From a virus (Duplodnaviria; Heunggongvirae; Uroviricota; Caudoviricetes): a stretch of 64,000 bases of DNA. Below the pieces are notes generated by a model. That model was given only the letters and a program-made list of their open reading frames with translations. It did no database searches and was not told the DNA's origin. Location: the IMG/VR virus record IMGVR_UViG_3300032007_000002, one strand, 5' to 3'. Of the stretch, positions 27,209-37,491 are shown in pieces (positions within the stretch are counted from its first letter, which is position 1; each line of letters starts with the position of its first letter). The translations under genes and the position numbers were made by a program.

Positions 27209-28552
27209 CTATCCTATGACCCCTTCCGGGATCAGCTTGGCCTTCTTCAAACTCTGTATCAGTGAATTTAGGTCCTCGATGACGCTCTTGTCACCGGACC
27301 CGTTGGAAACGAGCATGAGCCGCGTAACCAGAGTAGGTGTCTCGTCCGGGTTTGCCGATCCGAGCATACCGCCGGATGTCACCGTCTTGCGCTCGACGTG
27401 CTTGGAAACGACAATGTAGCGGTCGGTATAGGTGTAGTCGGTCATCGGGCCGCTGGAACCAAGATCGGGCATCATCGTGTATATGCCGAGGCACGACCCG
27501 ACAACCGGGCCGATGTCATTATACAGCTCAATCTCCATCACCTTGCCGTATTCCGCGGATATGCGGTCGCGCAGCATGGTGGCCACCGGATAATACTTGT
27601 GCGTATTTGCCGGGAAGTCGGAGACCACGGTAAGCTCGCCATAGACGTCCCTGTTGTCACCGTTCTCGTTGCTGCCGAGGTCGTAGTCGGCACGGGCGCT
27701 GTCGGTGTCCTTCGCACCAACCTGGGAAGCGAGCTCGCCGAAGCAGTTGGACTTGCACGAAGAAATCTCCGCCTTGCCACCGGTCACGGAAGATGTCACG
27801 ATTTCCGGGAACATCGCGGAGCGGAGGTCGCCCTGGATATTCCCCTTGTGCTCGTTGCTATACATCCACAGCGTCTTACCGGAAGCCGGGTCAGTGATGC
27901 AGTTGCCGCCCGTTGCCTGCTTGGCGTTCGGGCTGTACACGCAGTAATCGGCACATGCCTTCCGGGCAGCGGAATATCCGGTAAGGAACACCTTGCCCGT
28001 GCGCTCGTCATAACCCCATACGGCGTATTCCTGTGGGATGCAGGAGTGCTCGATGATGTCGTTTCCGATCTCCACGCTGTCCGCGTTGACGAAACGCCAT
28101 ACCATCGAGTCCACCGGGGTGACGCCGGTCGGGGAAATCCTGTCCTCGAAGTTCTCGATGCCGAGGGTCTTGAACGCCTCGCGGAACGCATCCACGGAAG
28201 TCGCCGCGGGAACGGCGAACGTGTGCTTGCTCATCATTGCGGGAACGCCGACAACAAACCGGCATGTAATGTGCATCTCGGTATCGTTGACAATCATGCG
28301 GTTGATTGACGATATATAGATCGGAATGGAGCTGTTCTCGAAATAGGAATGGCCACTGTCGGTAAACGTAAGCGCACCGTAAATGCCGCTTTTCAGCGTC
28401 GCGTTGAACGCAGTCGGGACAGCAAGGGTAAACTCCCCGCGCGGCAATCCGTTGAGCGGGAAATCCATCGCGAAATTGACAACGCCGTCAACTGCCGACA
28501 GGTTGCCCACAACTACGCTGATGCCTATGCTGGTTCCGCCAAATGCGTCCAT
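27209..28552 (-). CDS. Baseplate hub, gp27-like
   Basis: Size and position between gp53-like and gp5; C-terminal RYIVVSKH. Confidence 0.45.
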   Translation of the reverse strand: MDAFGGTSIGISVVVGNLSAVDGVVNFAMDFPLNGLPRGEFTLAVPTAFNATLKSGIYGALTFTDSGHSYFENSSIPIYISSINRMIVNDTEMHITCRFVVGVPAMMSKHTFAVPAATSVDAFREAFKTLGIENFEDRISPTGVTPVDSMVWRFVNADSVEIGNDIIEHSCIPQEYAVWGYDERTGKVFLTGYSAARKACADYCVYSPNAKQATGGNCITDPASGKTLWMYSNEHKGNIQGDLRSAMFPEIVTSSVTGGKAEISSCKSNCFGELASQVGAKDTDSARADYDLGSNENGDNRDVYGELTVVSDFPANTHKYYPVATMLRDRISAEYGKVMEIELYNDIGPVVGSCLGIYTMMPDLGSSGPMTDYTYTDRYIVVSKHVERKTVTSGGMLGSANPDETPTLVTRLMLVSNGSGDKSVIEDLNSLIQSLKKAKLIPEGVIG

Positions 28553-28980
28553 TATACACCTTCCCCGCTATACTTGGTAACGAAGTCCGCGGCGCTTTCC
28601 ATGTCGGGAATACCGAGGACCGTATTTGTCTCCACGTCGGTAATAGTGCCGGATGTGCCGACGGATTCATAACTCAGCCAGTCGCCCTTGCCGACCGCGA
28701 GTTCGCCCATGACCGCGCTGACCGCCTTGTCGAGCTGGCTGTCGGGAACCCCGCGCATTTCCAGTTCCGTCCTTATCGCCTCGTCGGCAGGACGGATGGT
28801 CGGACGCAGCGTGAGGACGTTGCGGATGTTGTTCGCTGCAGCAAGCAACATGTACATGCCCGGGTCGCCCATTATCGCATTGGCGACAAGGTCCATGCGC
28901 CCGGCAAGGCCGTCGTCAATCCTGGCCGTGCCGGAGAGCTTGAAGTTGGTGTCCCAGAGACGGGGGAACTCACGTGCCAT
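28552..28980 (-). CDS. Baseplate wedge protein, gp53/LysM-like
   Basis: GRMDLVANAIMGDP.MY.LLAAANNI motif. Confidence 0.7.
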   Translation of the reverse strand: MAREFPRLWDTNFKLSGTARIDDGLAGRMDLVANAIMGDPGMYMLLAAANNIRNVLTLRPTIRPADEAIRTELEMRGVPDSQLDKAVSAVMGELAVGKGDWLSYESVGTSGTITDVETNTVLGIPDMESAADFVTKYSGEGV

Positions 28981-30119
28981 TACTTCTTCCCTCCTTTATC
29001 CTTTCCTGCATACTTGCCGAACATCTCATGGCCGAGGAACGACATATACTGCTGGCCAGGGCTCGGGATGAGCCACGGTTCGAGCTTGATGCTCGCCTTG
29101 ACCCACAGCGGGAGGTGCGCACCGCAGACTTCGGAAATGAACTGTTCGGACGACGTCTCGAAATTCACGTTGGTAATTACCATCGGCTGGAGGTCGAGGG
29201 TGTGGCCAATGCAGAGACGGACCGGCAGCGGGGCAATCGTGTAATGGGTGCCCCACAGGTTCCCGGTAAACTTGTCAATCGTGTCCGCGGCGGACTTGGC
29301 GAAATCGCTGCCGGACGCACCGGCAACCGCGCCTGCCGCCGAAGCGGAAATGTTGTAGCCAGCGCTCGCGAGCTCGTTCTGCCCGGTCGTGGCAACATCG
29401 GTCATCAGCTGGCGAATGTTTTCCGCGATGCCCTTCTCGGTCGCGCGGAGATAGGTCATCCTGACAAGGCGCTCGACACCGACCATGCACGGGATTTCCT
29501 GCTCGGGGAGATACCACTGCACCTTGATGTCGTAGCTCAGGTTGATGTTGCCTTTCTTGAAGCTCTTCAACGTGGACGTTCCTACGCCGTTGCTCATGAT
29601 ACCGGCCTGCTCCGCGACATGGAGTGCCGTCCTGCGGGCGGCATCCACGTTAGTAAGGGCGGCAGTCCCGACCTGGTTCAGCGTGCGCCCGATGCCGGTC
29701 TTGTCGGCAAGCGCAGTGACCGGGGAAGCCATCTCCCTCAACAGCTGGACAGCGCCGGCAAAACCGCCTTCGCTGCGGTTTCCCCATTCAGCGGTAACGC
29801 CAAACGACGGGTTGGCGCCTTCGGTCATGATGCCGTAGAACGGGAGATACGCGTCGGCGCCTGCGTTGGCGTTCGTCACGGCAGCGCGGACACGGTCAAA
29901 GATACTGTAAAACGACCCCAGGTATTCCCTGCGGACGCTGGACGGGAGCACCTCGATACGCACCACGTTGGGCTTGGGCGTCCTGTCGGAAAGCGCGTTG
30001 CGTTCGCCGGTGTATTCGTCACCGGAGAGAGACCCATTAGCCCTGTCATAGGCAGCGTTCTTGACGTTGTCCCTGGCCTGGTAACGCATGCCTCCATCAT
30101 ACAAATCACTTACGCGCAT
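28980..30119 (-). CDS. Baseplate tube cap, gp48-like
   Basis: APLPVRLCIG......MVITNVNF......PLWVKASIKL motif. Confidence 0.55.
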   Translation of the reverse strand: MRVSDLYDGGMRYQARDNVKNAAYDRANGSLSGDEYTGERNALSDRTPKPNVVRIEVLPSSVRREYLGSFYSIFDRVRAAVTNANAGADAYLPFYGIMTEGANPSFGVTAEWGNRSEGGFAGAVQLLREMASPVTALADKTGIGRTLNQVGTAALTNVDAARRTALHVAEQAGIMSNGVGTSTLKSFKKGNINLSYDIKVQWYLPEQEIPCMVGVERLVRMTYLRATEKGIAENIRQLMTDVATTGQNELASAGYNISASAAGAVAGASGSDFAKSAADTIDKFTGNLWGTHYTIAPLPVRLCIGHTLDLQPMVITNVNFETSSEQFISEVCGAHLPLWVKASIKLEPWLIPSPGQQYMSFLGHEMFGKYAGKDKGGKK

Positions 30120-30120
30120 A

Positions 30121-32313
30121 TTACATTCCCGTCATTTGAGTGTTCAACTGTCTTCCGATTACGCTCATATCCTGGCGCATCATTTCATGGTAACGCGGAT
30201 CCATCAAGGATGCCGTCATGCCGCCAAACACGGACTGCTGCATGAGGGACGCGTCAAACGGAGCATTGTACTCGTGGTCCTTCTCGATAATGTCCTCGGA
30301 ACCCTCCACCTTGCCGGCCGTAGCGGCAGCCTCGACCTGCGCGGTCTCCTGTTCCGCCTGTATGCGGGCCTGGGTCTCGAATACCCAGTCGTGCATCTTG
30401 TTCGGGTCGTAGGTGGACGCGAACTCGGCCATGAGCTTGAGAACATCGTCCTGCGCATCTTCGAGCTTCTTGTAGGCCTCCTCGGAAGAGTCTCCCCAGA
30501 ATTTGAGCTGCCCGCCAAGGCTATTGGCGTCGGCATAGTTGTCGGATGCTTCCTTGATGCGCCCGATAGCATCCTTGGCACGGTCAGTGCTGAGGAACTT
30601 GTCGAGGACAATGTTCGAATCGCCGATGTCCGGGCGCTGCTTGGCAATCTGCTTTGCCTGGCTCTGAAGACGACGATGGATGGCGCTGTCGAGCATCTTC
30701 GCCGTATTTTCCTTCTGGTCGGCAAGACCGTCGCGGTAGTCGAGATAGCCCGAAATCGCCTCCCCGATAGAGTCCGGGGACCCCTCGTTGATGAGACCCA
30801 TCTTCTTGCCGATGAAGGTGGTTCCGCCAAACGCCAGCTGTCCGGCAAGCGCACCCCAGCCAACAGGGCCGGCTGCAAGGCTTGTCGCGCCAAGGGCGGC
30901 ATCGACGCCACCACCGATGAGCGTATTCTTTGCACCACGGGTATCACCGCTCTGGTAGCGGTTGAGCGCTTCCAGACCGGATGCGCCTGCACCCACGGCA
31001 ACACCGAGCGGGCCGAGAACCTTCCCGACCTTCGCCACAGCGGCGCCAGTCTTCGCGAGCGGGCCGGTAGTCAGCTTCGCTATGCGCCCGGACTGGGACG
31101 CGGCGCGTTTTGCTGCATCGGCAGCCGCCTTCTCCGCCTCGTCGGCAATGCCGGTGGCCTTGCGGGCCTTGTCCACTAGGGCATTGGACTTCTTGAGGTT
31201 GCTGCCCTTGTAGTTGTCCACCTTGGCCTGCGCGTTTGCCGCCCTGATACGGGCGCGTTCCGCGGTGGCCTGCTTGGCGTTCTTGGCATATTCCGGGTTG
31301 AGCATCTGGAGGGCGTTGCCGCCAGCCTTCAACCCCTTGCCTTCGAGGACACTGACCGTATCGCCGAACTTGCCGAGAAGGGCATGGTTGAGCAATGCGA
31401 GCCCGCCTCCGAGAAGAAGGGCACTGCCCCATCCGAAACCGCCGTTCTTGGGCTGTTCGGTCTCCTCGCCGGTCTTCTTTCCAAGGTCCAGCTTACCGTC
31501 GTCCCAATCTTTGAGGAACTTGTAGAGAAGTTCGTCCTTCGGGCGACGGACCCGGTTTTCAAAATCAATTCCGCGGAACTGTTCGTTGCGCAGTTCAGTT
31601 TCCAAGGTCTGGTCGGCAACCGACTTCACCCTGGCGGTAGGCTGCTCAGTGCGTTCAGCGGACGGTTTCTGCCGGGTCGACGCGTCCAGGCCCAGCATGG
31701 CAGCGAGCCTGTTGGCAATCCGCATCTCCTCGGTGCGCCGACGGTTGGTCCCGGCCAGCATACGGTCATAGTATTCCCTCGGGTCCTCGATTGACGCGGT
31801 GGCGCTATGGATATGCTGTTGCTGGGATGCCCCGATAAACATGGTCGGGACCTGCGGGACGGACTCCACCACGGACTTGTGCTGGGTCGTTGTCTCGCCT
31901 ATCTGCGGGCCGAAAGACGCCTGCTGGATAGCATCGGGCGCCTGCTGGGGCGGATTGATGGGCAGGGTAGGGGCAGGTTCAAGCAGCTTCGCCATGAACG
32001 AGTTCTGCGCCATCGGCTGCATCATCGTTGACAGCAGCATCGCCATCCCTAACTCGGATGCAGGCTCGCGGCGATATACCGGATCCGGCTCGCCCTTCTG
32101 TTCCTCGCGGACAGCCTGGACATTGCGCTCATGCTGCTTCTTGAAATTGTCGTTAAATTCCTTTTCGGTATCGTGGTCGGCCAGCGCAGCAAGCACGTTG
32201 GTATAAATCGTGTCGCCTATATACGGCAACGCGACATTAAGCTCCTGAACCATCAGGTTCGGATTCTTGACGTCCTGTGACGCGGTTTGCTTTGTTGTAT
32301 TCTGTTCAGCCAT
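30121..32313 (-). CDS. Tape measure / gp29-like protein
   Basis: Ala/Gly-rich amphipathic segments (GKVLGPLGVAVGAG); TATAAACTA at 32337-32345; upstream of the baseplate genes. Confidence 0.55.
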   Translation of the reverse strand: MAEQNTTKQTASQDVKNPNLMVQELNVALPYIGDTIYTNVLAALADHDTEKEFNDNFKKQHERNVQAVREEQKGEPDPVYRREPASELGMAMLLSTMMQPMAQNSFMAKLLEPAPTLPINPPQQAPDAIQQASFGPQIGETTTQHKSVVESVPQVPTMFIGASQQQHIHSATASIEDPREYYDRMLAGTNRRRTEEMRIANRLAAMLGLDASTRQKPSAERTEQPTARVKSVADQTLETELRNEQFRGIDFENRVRRPKDELLYKFLKDWDDGKLDLGKKTGEETEQPKNGGFGWGSALLLGGGLALLNHALLGKFGDTVSVLEGKGLKAGGNALQMLNPEYAKNAKQATAERARIRAANAQAKVDNYKGSNLKKSNALVDKARKATGIADEAEKAAADAAKRAASQSGRIAKLTTGPLAKTGAAVAKVGKVLGPLGVAVGAGASGLEALNRYQSGDTRGAKNTLIGGGVDAALGATSLAAGPVGWGALAGQLAFGGTTFIGKKMGLINEGSPDSIGEAISGYLDYRDGLADQKENTAKMLDSAIHRRLQSQAKQIAKQRPDIGDSNIVLDKFLSTDRAKDAIGRIKEASDNYADANSLGGQLKFWGDSSEEAYKKLEDAQDDVLKLMAEFASTYDPNKMHDWVFETQARIQAEQETAQVEAAATAGKVEGSEDIIEKDHEYNAPFDASLMQQSVFGGMTASLMDPRYHEMMRQDMSVIGRQLNTQMTGM

Positions 32314-32361
32314 GACGACCCGTTACCACGCATCCCTAGTTTATATCCGCGAGGGGTCCAT

Positions 32362-32393
32362 GACAAACAAGACGGCCGCCCGAAGGCGGCCGT
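32362..32393 (-). terminator. Terminator after dam
   Basis: ACGGCCGCC-CGAA-GGCGGCCGT stem (UUCG loop on the minus strand). Confidence 0.65.
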
Positions 32394-32412
32394 GGGACTT
32401 GGAAAACTGCCG

Positions 32413-33258
32413 TTACTGGCGTGAAAAACGGCAGTACAGGCTTTCCTTGACGTGTACTATCTTTCCATTGCCGATTATCCGGCGGAACGACGACCCTCCG
32501 CTGTCAATGAGCAGACGCTCGCCATAGATGTCTTCCGGGACATGGACGGTGTAGTCCTCTCCCTCTACCTCGCCGTCGAAACTCATGCAATAGTCGCACG
32601 GGAGTTCGCGGAGATACGAATACAGGGCATCGCAGTCGATGGACCCGTAATACATGCCCTTCGTGTGGGCATACGGCGGGTCCAGATACATGAAGTCGTT
32701 CGGGCCCGGCTTCACGCCGAGATACGTCCCGTGGTTGAAAACGACGTTGAACTCGTTCAGCTTGGATGACCATTCCCCGATGATGCGGTCCATCGTGTCG
32801 GGGTGCATGCCGTTACGCGTCACATGGAACGAGTTGTTGAACTCTCCCTGCGCATTGTATCGGGGCATGCCGTTGGTCGTCGTCCGCATGATGAAGAACA
32901 GGAACCTGGGGTCATGCCGCTCGTTGAACGATGCCCGGACATCGGCAAAGTACGCCTTCTTGCGTTCAAGATCGTCGTCCGCGTTCAGCTCGGTCCACAG
33001 ATGGCGATACGAACGCCGGATGTCGTCGGGCGAATGCTTGACGAGACGATACAGCTCGATTAGCGGCGCGTTCAGGTCACTGCACACATAATACTTGAAC
33101 TTCTCCGGGCAGTTGTTCAGTATGTAGAACAGAACGGAACAGCCACCGCAGAAAGGCTCGTAGTACGTGTTATACGAGCCCTTTACCGAGGCCAGGATGG
33201 CAGCGGCCTGCGACCGCTTCGACCCGGACCACTTGACGAGTGGATCAAGCCTTCCCAT
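32413..33258 (-). CDS. dam: D12-class N6-adenine DNA methyltransferase (Dam-like)
   Basis: KWSGSK, YYEPFCGGCSV, SDLN, RYNAQGEFN and YLDPPY motifs. Confidence 0.92.
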   Translation of the reverse strand: MGRLDPLVKWSGSKRSQAAAILASVKGSYNTYYEPFCGGCSVLFYILNNCPEKFKYYVCSDLNAPLIELYRLVKHSPDDIRRSYRHLWTELNADDDLERKKAYFADVRASFNERHDPRFLFFIMRTTTNGMPRYNAQGEFNNSFHVTRNGMHPDTMDRIIGEWSSKLNEFNVVFNHGTYLGVKPGPNDFMYLDPPYAHTKGMYYGSIDCDALYSYLRELPCDYCMSFDGEVEGEDYTVHVPEDIYGERLLIDSGGSSFRRIIGNGKIVHVKESLYCRFSRQ

Positions 33259-33431
33259 CAGTAGTCAAACTTCCCGCGACGTTCTTTCGCATACTTGTTG
33301 CGTTCACCTGCGAGCTTCTTCGCGTCGAACCCGCACTGCTTGCCGAAGGAGCGGGCCAGCTTGGACTGCTTTGCCCAGCGGGCGTTCTTCTGTTCTTCGG
33401 TCTCAAATTCCTTTTTCTGTTTGTCCTTCAT
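33258..33431 (-). CDS. Small basic protein (57 aa, not in the ORF track)
   Basis: AAGGAG RBS; MKDKQKKEFETEEQKNARWAKQ...; TGATG overlap with dam. Confidence 0.6.
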   Translation of the reverse strand: MKDKQKKEFETEEQKNARWAKQSKLARSFGKQCGFDAKKLAGERNKYAKERRGKFDY

Positions 33432-33440
33432 TTGTTCTCC

Positions 33441-33635
33441 TTAAAGCGATTGGGTTTCCCTCGGTCTCATGTAAAGCCGCTGGTATTCCTTGATTGCGTA
33501 GTCGCGCAATACAAAGAACTCCGGCAACAGCATACGGTCGCAGTCGGCACTCGTGTTCGACGTAATCTGCGAGATGACCGCCTTGTCGTGCGCCACGTCC
33601 TCCGGCCTATATACCGGAAACGTACTGGTCGGTAC
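33441..33635 (-). CDS. gp51-like baseplate/tail assembly segment, possibly reached by frameshift
   Basis: ISQITSNTSADCDRMLLPEFFVLRD; overlaps the gp26-like end in the +1 frame with no convincing start of its own. Confidence 0.5.
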   Translation of the reverse strand, partial: VPTSTFPVYRPEDVAHDKAVISQITSNTSADCDRMLLPEFFVLRDYAIKEYQRLYMRPRETQSL

Positions 33636-34953
33636 GAAAGGGATATACAATATCCACCTTTGCACCGCACACGGGGCAGACATGGATGACATGGTTTTCG
33701 GCGATGAGCGAATGGGAGTTCACGCTGTCGAACAAGATGTGGTAGTCATCAATGTTTCGGAGGTTGCGAAGGTAGTTGAACTTCGCAAGGTGGCGTTTCT
33801 TCTCATCCGGGTCGTCGATACCCTCGATTTCGATTACGGCTGCCGTCGCCGAAAGCTGCATGTGGGCCGTCTTCGGGGTCACGCCGTATGTCGCGACATA
33901 GTCCTTCAACCATTCCTGCATCGGCTGGTCGTGACGGCGCTTGCGCGGGTACACGTTGCACTCGCGACCGTCGCTGAAATGGAAGACGAAATAGCCTTCC
34001 GGCATGCTGGCCACAAGTTCCTTCGGATCGATGTTGGTTCGGAAGTCCATGTTCTTGAAGGAAATCTGGTAATCCGGGGATGTCTCCGCATATCCGCACT
34101 CGTGGCACTTGAAGCCGTCAGGATATGGAATCCCGATGTTCGGGAATGACGATATGCGGAGCCACTGGAAGATATATGCCTCGTCACACCACATGATTTC
34201 GCCCGGGAGGACGCCCTTCACGCGGCGCTGGAGGATTTCGTCGAAGATGTCCACAGTGTCATACGGCGTGGCGCCAGACAGGAGGAGGATGTCTTCGAGG
34301 GAAAGGCACTGGCCATAGACCGCGTTCTTGTAGAACAGACCCCTCGACGGAAGCGCCGTGATGAGCGAGTATGCGTCATAGTTGCGGCGTTCGGCGCCCA
34401 TGTTGTGGGGAACCGAGTTGTCCACCTGGTGTACAATCGGGGCCGGCTGCGGCTGGGGTTCCGGTGCGGGTGCAGGTTCCTGGCCGTATGCGGGGATGCC
34501 GGTAAGAATCGGATCGGGAATATGGCGCTCGGGAGCAGGGGCTTCCGGGAGCTGCATTGCCGCTGCCGGGATTTTCGGGAACTTCCTCGGGGCCGGGCGC
34601 TCGACACGGTCAGCCGGAACATACTCGGGCGGGAGCTGCGGCGATTGCTGAACGGCCTCGATTTCCTTGGACGGCTCCTCGGCAGGAACTGCTTCCTGTG
34701 CCGGAACCTGGCGCACCATCGGGCGCTTCCTGCGGGGAGGCTTCGGTGCAAGCGCAGCGCCCTGATCGAGTTTGGAGTTCATCCGGGCCATCATCTGGGC
34801 AGGAGTTTCCCCTTCCTGGAAATCCCCGTGCAGTTCGGCGCTCTTCTCTCGCGCAGCGTTCACATACGCGGCGACTTCCGGCGGAAGCTGAACTTCGCCA
34901 GCCTGCGGGACGCGTTCCGCCTGCGGAACCTGCTTGACCATGTTGTTCATCAT
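33607..34953 (-). CDS. Baseplate hub assembly chaperone, T4 gp26-like, with Pro-rich N-terminus
   Basis: LPSRGLFY...EDILLL, two CxxC pairs (CHECG, CPVCG). Confidence 0.7.
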   Translation of the reverse strand: MMNNMVKQVPQAERVPQAGEVQLPPEVAAYVNAAREKSAELHGDFQEGETPAQMMARMNSKLDQGAALAPKPPRRKRPMVRQVPAQEAVPAEEPSKEIEAVQQSPQLPPEYVPADRVERPAPRKFPKIPAAAMQLPEAPAPERHIPDPILTGIPAYGQEPAPAPEPQPQPAPIVHQVDNSVPHNMGAERRNYDAYSLITALPSRGLFYKNAVYGQCLSLEDILLLSGATPYDTVDIFDEILQRRVKGVLPGEIMWCDEAYIFQWLRISSFPNIGIPYPDGFKCHECGYAETSPDYQISFKNMDFRTNIDPKELVASMPEGYFVFHFSDGRECNVYPRKRRHDQPMQEWLKDYVATYGVTPKTAHMQLSATAAVIEIEGIDDPDEKKRHLAKFNYLRNLRNIDDYHILFDSVNSHSLIAENHVIHVCPVCGAKVDIVYPFRTDQYVSGI

Positions 34954-35216
34954 TCCTCCGATACGAGCTCGTAATGGTATCGCGGACCGTTATACTGCTC
35001 GCCGTTCTTGAAAGTGCAGGACAGCTGCTCGCCGTCCTTGCAAGACTTGTTTCCGGCATCGACGGCCTCCTGGGCCTGTACCGGGTTGGTATAACCCTGT
35101 CCGAGAGAGACAAGGGTCTTCCCTACGGGAAGGGACCCGTCAACCGGATCCCCAAAGCCGTTAAGCTCGCGCCTGGCGAACATCACCAGGTCATAACGGG
35201 CCGCGTAGTACATCAC
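34950..35216 (-). CDS. Hypothetical protein
   Basis: 88 aa, coupled by overlaps to both neighbours. Confidence 0.6.
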   Translation of the reverse strand: MMYYAARYDLVMFARRELNGFGDPVDGSLPVGKTLVSLGQGYTNPVQAQEAVDAGNKSCKDGEQLSCTFKNGEQYNGPRYHYELVSEE

Positions 35217-36688
35217 TTCGCGGCTTCCCCCGCTTCGATGGCTTCCGCCGCGGTGTCACCATCAGCAAGCATCTTCTTGATGGTGTCGGCACGTTCGGCA
35301 GAAACGAGCTTACCGCACATCACGCCGTAGTAGCTACCCATGATGGCGTCGCTGCCGACCATTCTGGTGTCAAGCAACTTGCGCTGTTTTTCGTGGGCGT
35401 TGTCCCAGCTTACGCAGGAACTCCACTTGGTGATGAGGGCCACGAACTTTTCGACCGTGATGGAGTGGCCGAAAGTGAGGCCGGTTTCCTTACAGATATG
35501 GACACCGTCATCGTAGTTGATGTCGTCAATCTGCGCGATTGCGACGGCACCGCATGCGACAGCTTCGAGAGCGTCCGTATCGGCATCGGCGACACAGTAG
35601 ATGCAGTCTGCCGGGTCATCCGGCATCGTGAGGATGACGAAGTCGAACGGCACGTCACGCTCGACAGCCTGCGTATGCAGGAGAGCGCGGTCGCTGAGAT
35701 TCGGGTGGGACCAGTGGACGATGTTCTTGATCTTCCCTTCGCAGAGAAGTTTGTACACGCGTTCCTGGAGGACGCCACCGGTGGAAATCGTGATGTCGGC
35801 CTTGTCGTGATAGTAGAAGATGTAGTTCTGGAGGGCGGTCGGGATAACCGGGCCCTTGAAGAGGATTTTCGGCTTGCGGATGCTGGAAGAGTTGCTGCCG
35901 GCACGCTTGAAAATCTTGTTGACCGGGTAGAAGCGTTCGCTCATGAACGTCGGGACAACGGCGATGTCCTTGTTGCCGACAAAGCGGAACGTACCGATGA
36001 GCTTTGCCATCTGGGTGTTCGGGACAACGAGGGCGTCACAGGACACGATGAGGTCTTCCACCGTCTTGACGTAGTTGACGGTATTGCTGCGGCCACTGCC
36101 AATCGGGCCTTCCCAGATAAATTCGTCGAGCGCGTAGATGAAACGGGTCGAGGAGATTGCGCGATATTCGGCAACATCCGCCAGGTATTCGTCACGTTCC
36201 TTAACGATTTCCTTGAGGGCCTTGGCGGCAGCCTGTTCTTCGTCGGTTTCCGTATGGTCAGGGCCACCGGCAGCGACTTCTGCTGCGGCAACCGCTTCTT
36301 CATACTTCTTGGAAGCTGCGGCAATTTCCTTTTCGAAGTCGTCAAGGTCTTCCTTCCAGCCAGGAAGGACATCTTCCGTTATGCGGAGGCGCTGTTCGTC
36401 AACAATGCGGGAAAGCTCACGGTTGGCGACGTTGTCGAACCACACGATGCTGAACTTGGAGAAGTCCGGCTTGAGCTGGCATGCGCGGGTGCTGTCCATC
36501 GTGACGAGGGAAATCTTGGCCGTCTTGCCGCTCGAATCGTAGAAACGGGCAAAATCTTCCATGGCAGTGATGCCGCGGAGATTATACATACGGGATGCGC
36601 CGTCTGTGATGAAGAGAATGTCGAAACGGTCAACCTGCTTGACGCGTTCGGCAACCTTCTGTTTAAGCATTTCCTTAATATCTGGCAT
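35213..36688 (-). CDS. Glycosyltransferase, GT-B/GT4-like
   Basis: IYALDE, CDALVVPNTQMAK, IAVVPTF, KILFKG and LEAVACGAVAIA motifs. Confidence 0.55.
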   Translation of the reverse strand: MPDIKEMLKQKVAERVKQVDRFDILFITDGASRMYNLRGITAMEDFARFYDSSGKTAKISLVTMDSTRACQLKPDFSKFSIVWFDNVANRELSRIVDEQRLRITEDVLPGWKEDLDDFEKEIAAASKKYEEAVAAAEVAAGGPDHTETDEEQAAAKALKEIVKERDEYLADVAEYRAISSTRFIYALDEFIWEGPIGSGRSNTVNYVKTVEDLIVSCDALVVPNTQMAKLIGTFRFVGNKDIAVVPTFMSERFYPVNKIFKRAGSNSSSIRKPKILFKGPVIPTALQNYIFYYHDKADITISTGGVLQERVYKLLCEGKIKNIVHWSHPNLSDRALLHTQAVERDVPFDFVILTMPDDPADCIYCVADADTDALEAVACGAVAIAQIDDINYDDGVHICKETGLTFGHSITVEKFVALITKWSSCVSWDNAHEKQRKLLDTRMVGSDAIMGSYYGVMCGKLVSAERADTIKKMLADGDTAAEAIEAGEAAK

Positions 36689-36714
36689 TGTAGTACCTCA
36701 TTTATGGCAGAAAA

Positions 36715-37488
36715 CTAGGTTTTCTGTTCAATCAGTTTCGTCCCTTCCGAACTTTCGTCGGTAATCTGTGCGGGGGACCGGCTTGCGAACTCCCGGTCAA
36801 GGTCTTCCTTGCGCTTCTCCTCGGCCTTCTTGTCCCAAAGTTCGACAAGGTCGGCCATCTGGGTCGGGCTGAAATCGTAGGTCTGGTTCTCGACGTCCTC
36901 CTCCTTGACCTCGGGCTTGACATACTTCTCGTCGTAGTGTTCGCCTTCCTCGCGCAGCACCTGGACAACCTTGATCAGCTTGTCAAGGGACTGCTGGACG
37001 GAGTTCACCATCGTGGCGATGGCCGTGCACATGTTGGGCGGAGGGGAAACCGTGCCCATGAAGGTTTCCTTCATGGACATGAACAGCTCCTTGACATTCT
37101 CGTACATCTCGAACGCTTCCGACCTGATGCGCTCACGGTCGGAACGCAGCTGTTCCGGGTCAATCTTGGCATAGCCCTTGGCGACCTGCTGCTGGGCAGC
37201 GACGACATTGTTTGCCTGGTTCTGGAAGGAAGCTGCCGTCTTAGCGATGTTGGTCGTGTTCTTTTTCAGCACGGCAAGCGCCTGTTCGGTGGAGCCGTCA
37301 GGCAACCGCAGCTTGCTTTCGATTACCGCAAACGGGTTGGGTTTCTGTTTTGCAGCCCGGGGCGTAGGACGTTCGTCCATGCCGGCAAAGTCAATCGGGC
37401 CGGCGTCGACAGGCGGCTCATCCCCGTCCGACGTAAAGTCAAACGAGTGGAAAAAGTCCGTCGGCTGTATCTGCGAGTTCTGATCCAT
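36715..37488 (-). CDS. Terminase small subunit, T4 gp16-like
   Basis: LRSDRERIR...SPPPNMCTAIATMVNSV...KL mirrors the gp16 core. Confidence 0.6.
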   Translation of the reverse strand: MDQNSQIQPTDFFHSFDFTSDGDEPPVDAGPIDFAGMDERPTPRAAKQKPNPFAVIESKLRLPDGSTEQALAVLKKNTTNIAKTAASFQNQANNVVAAQQQVAKGYAKIDPEQLRSDRERIRSEAFEMYENVKELFMSMKETFMGTVSPPPNMCTAIATMVNSVQQSLDKLIKVVQVLREEGEHYDEKYVKPEVKEEDVENQTYDFSPTQMADLVELWDKKAEEKRKEDLDREFASRSPAQITDESSEGTKLIEQKT

Positions 37489-37491
37489 TTG

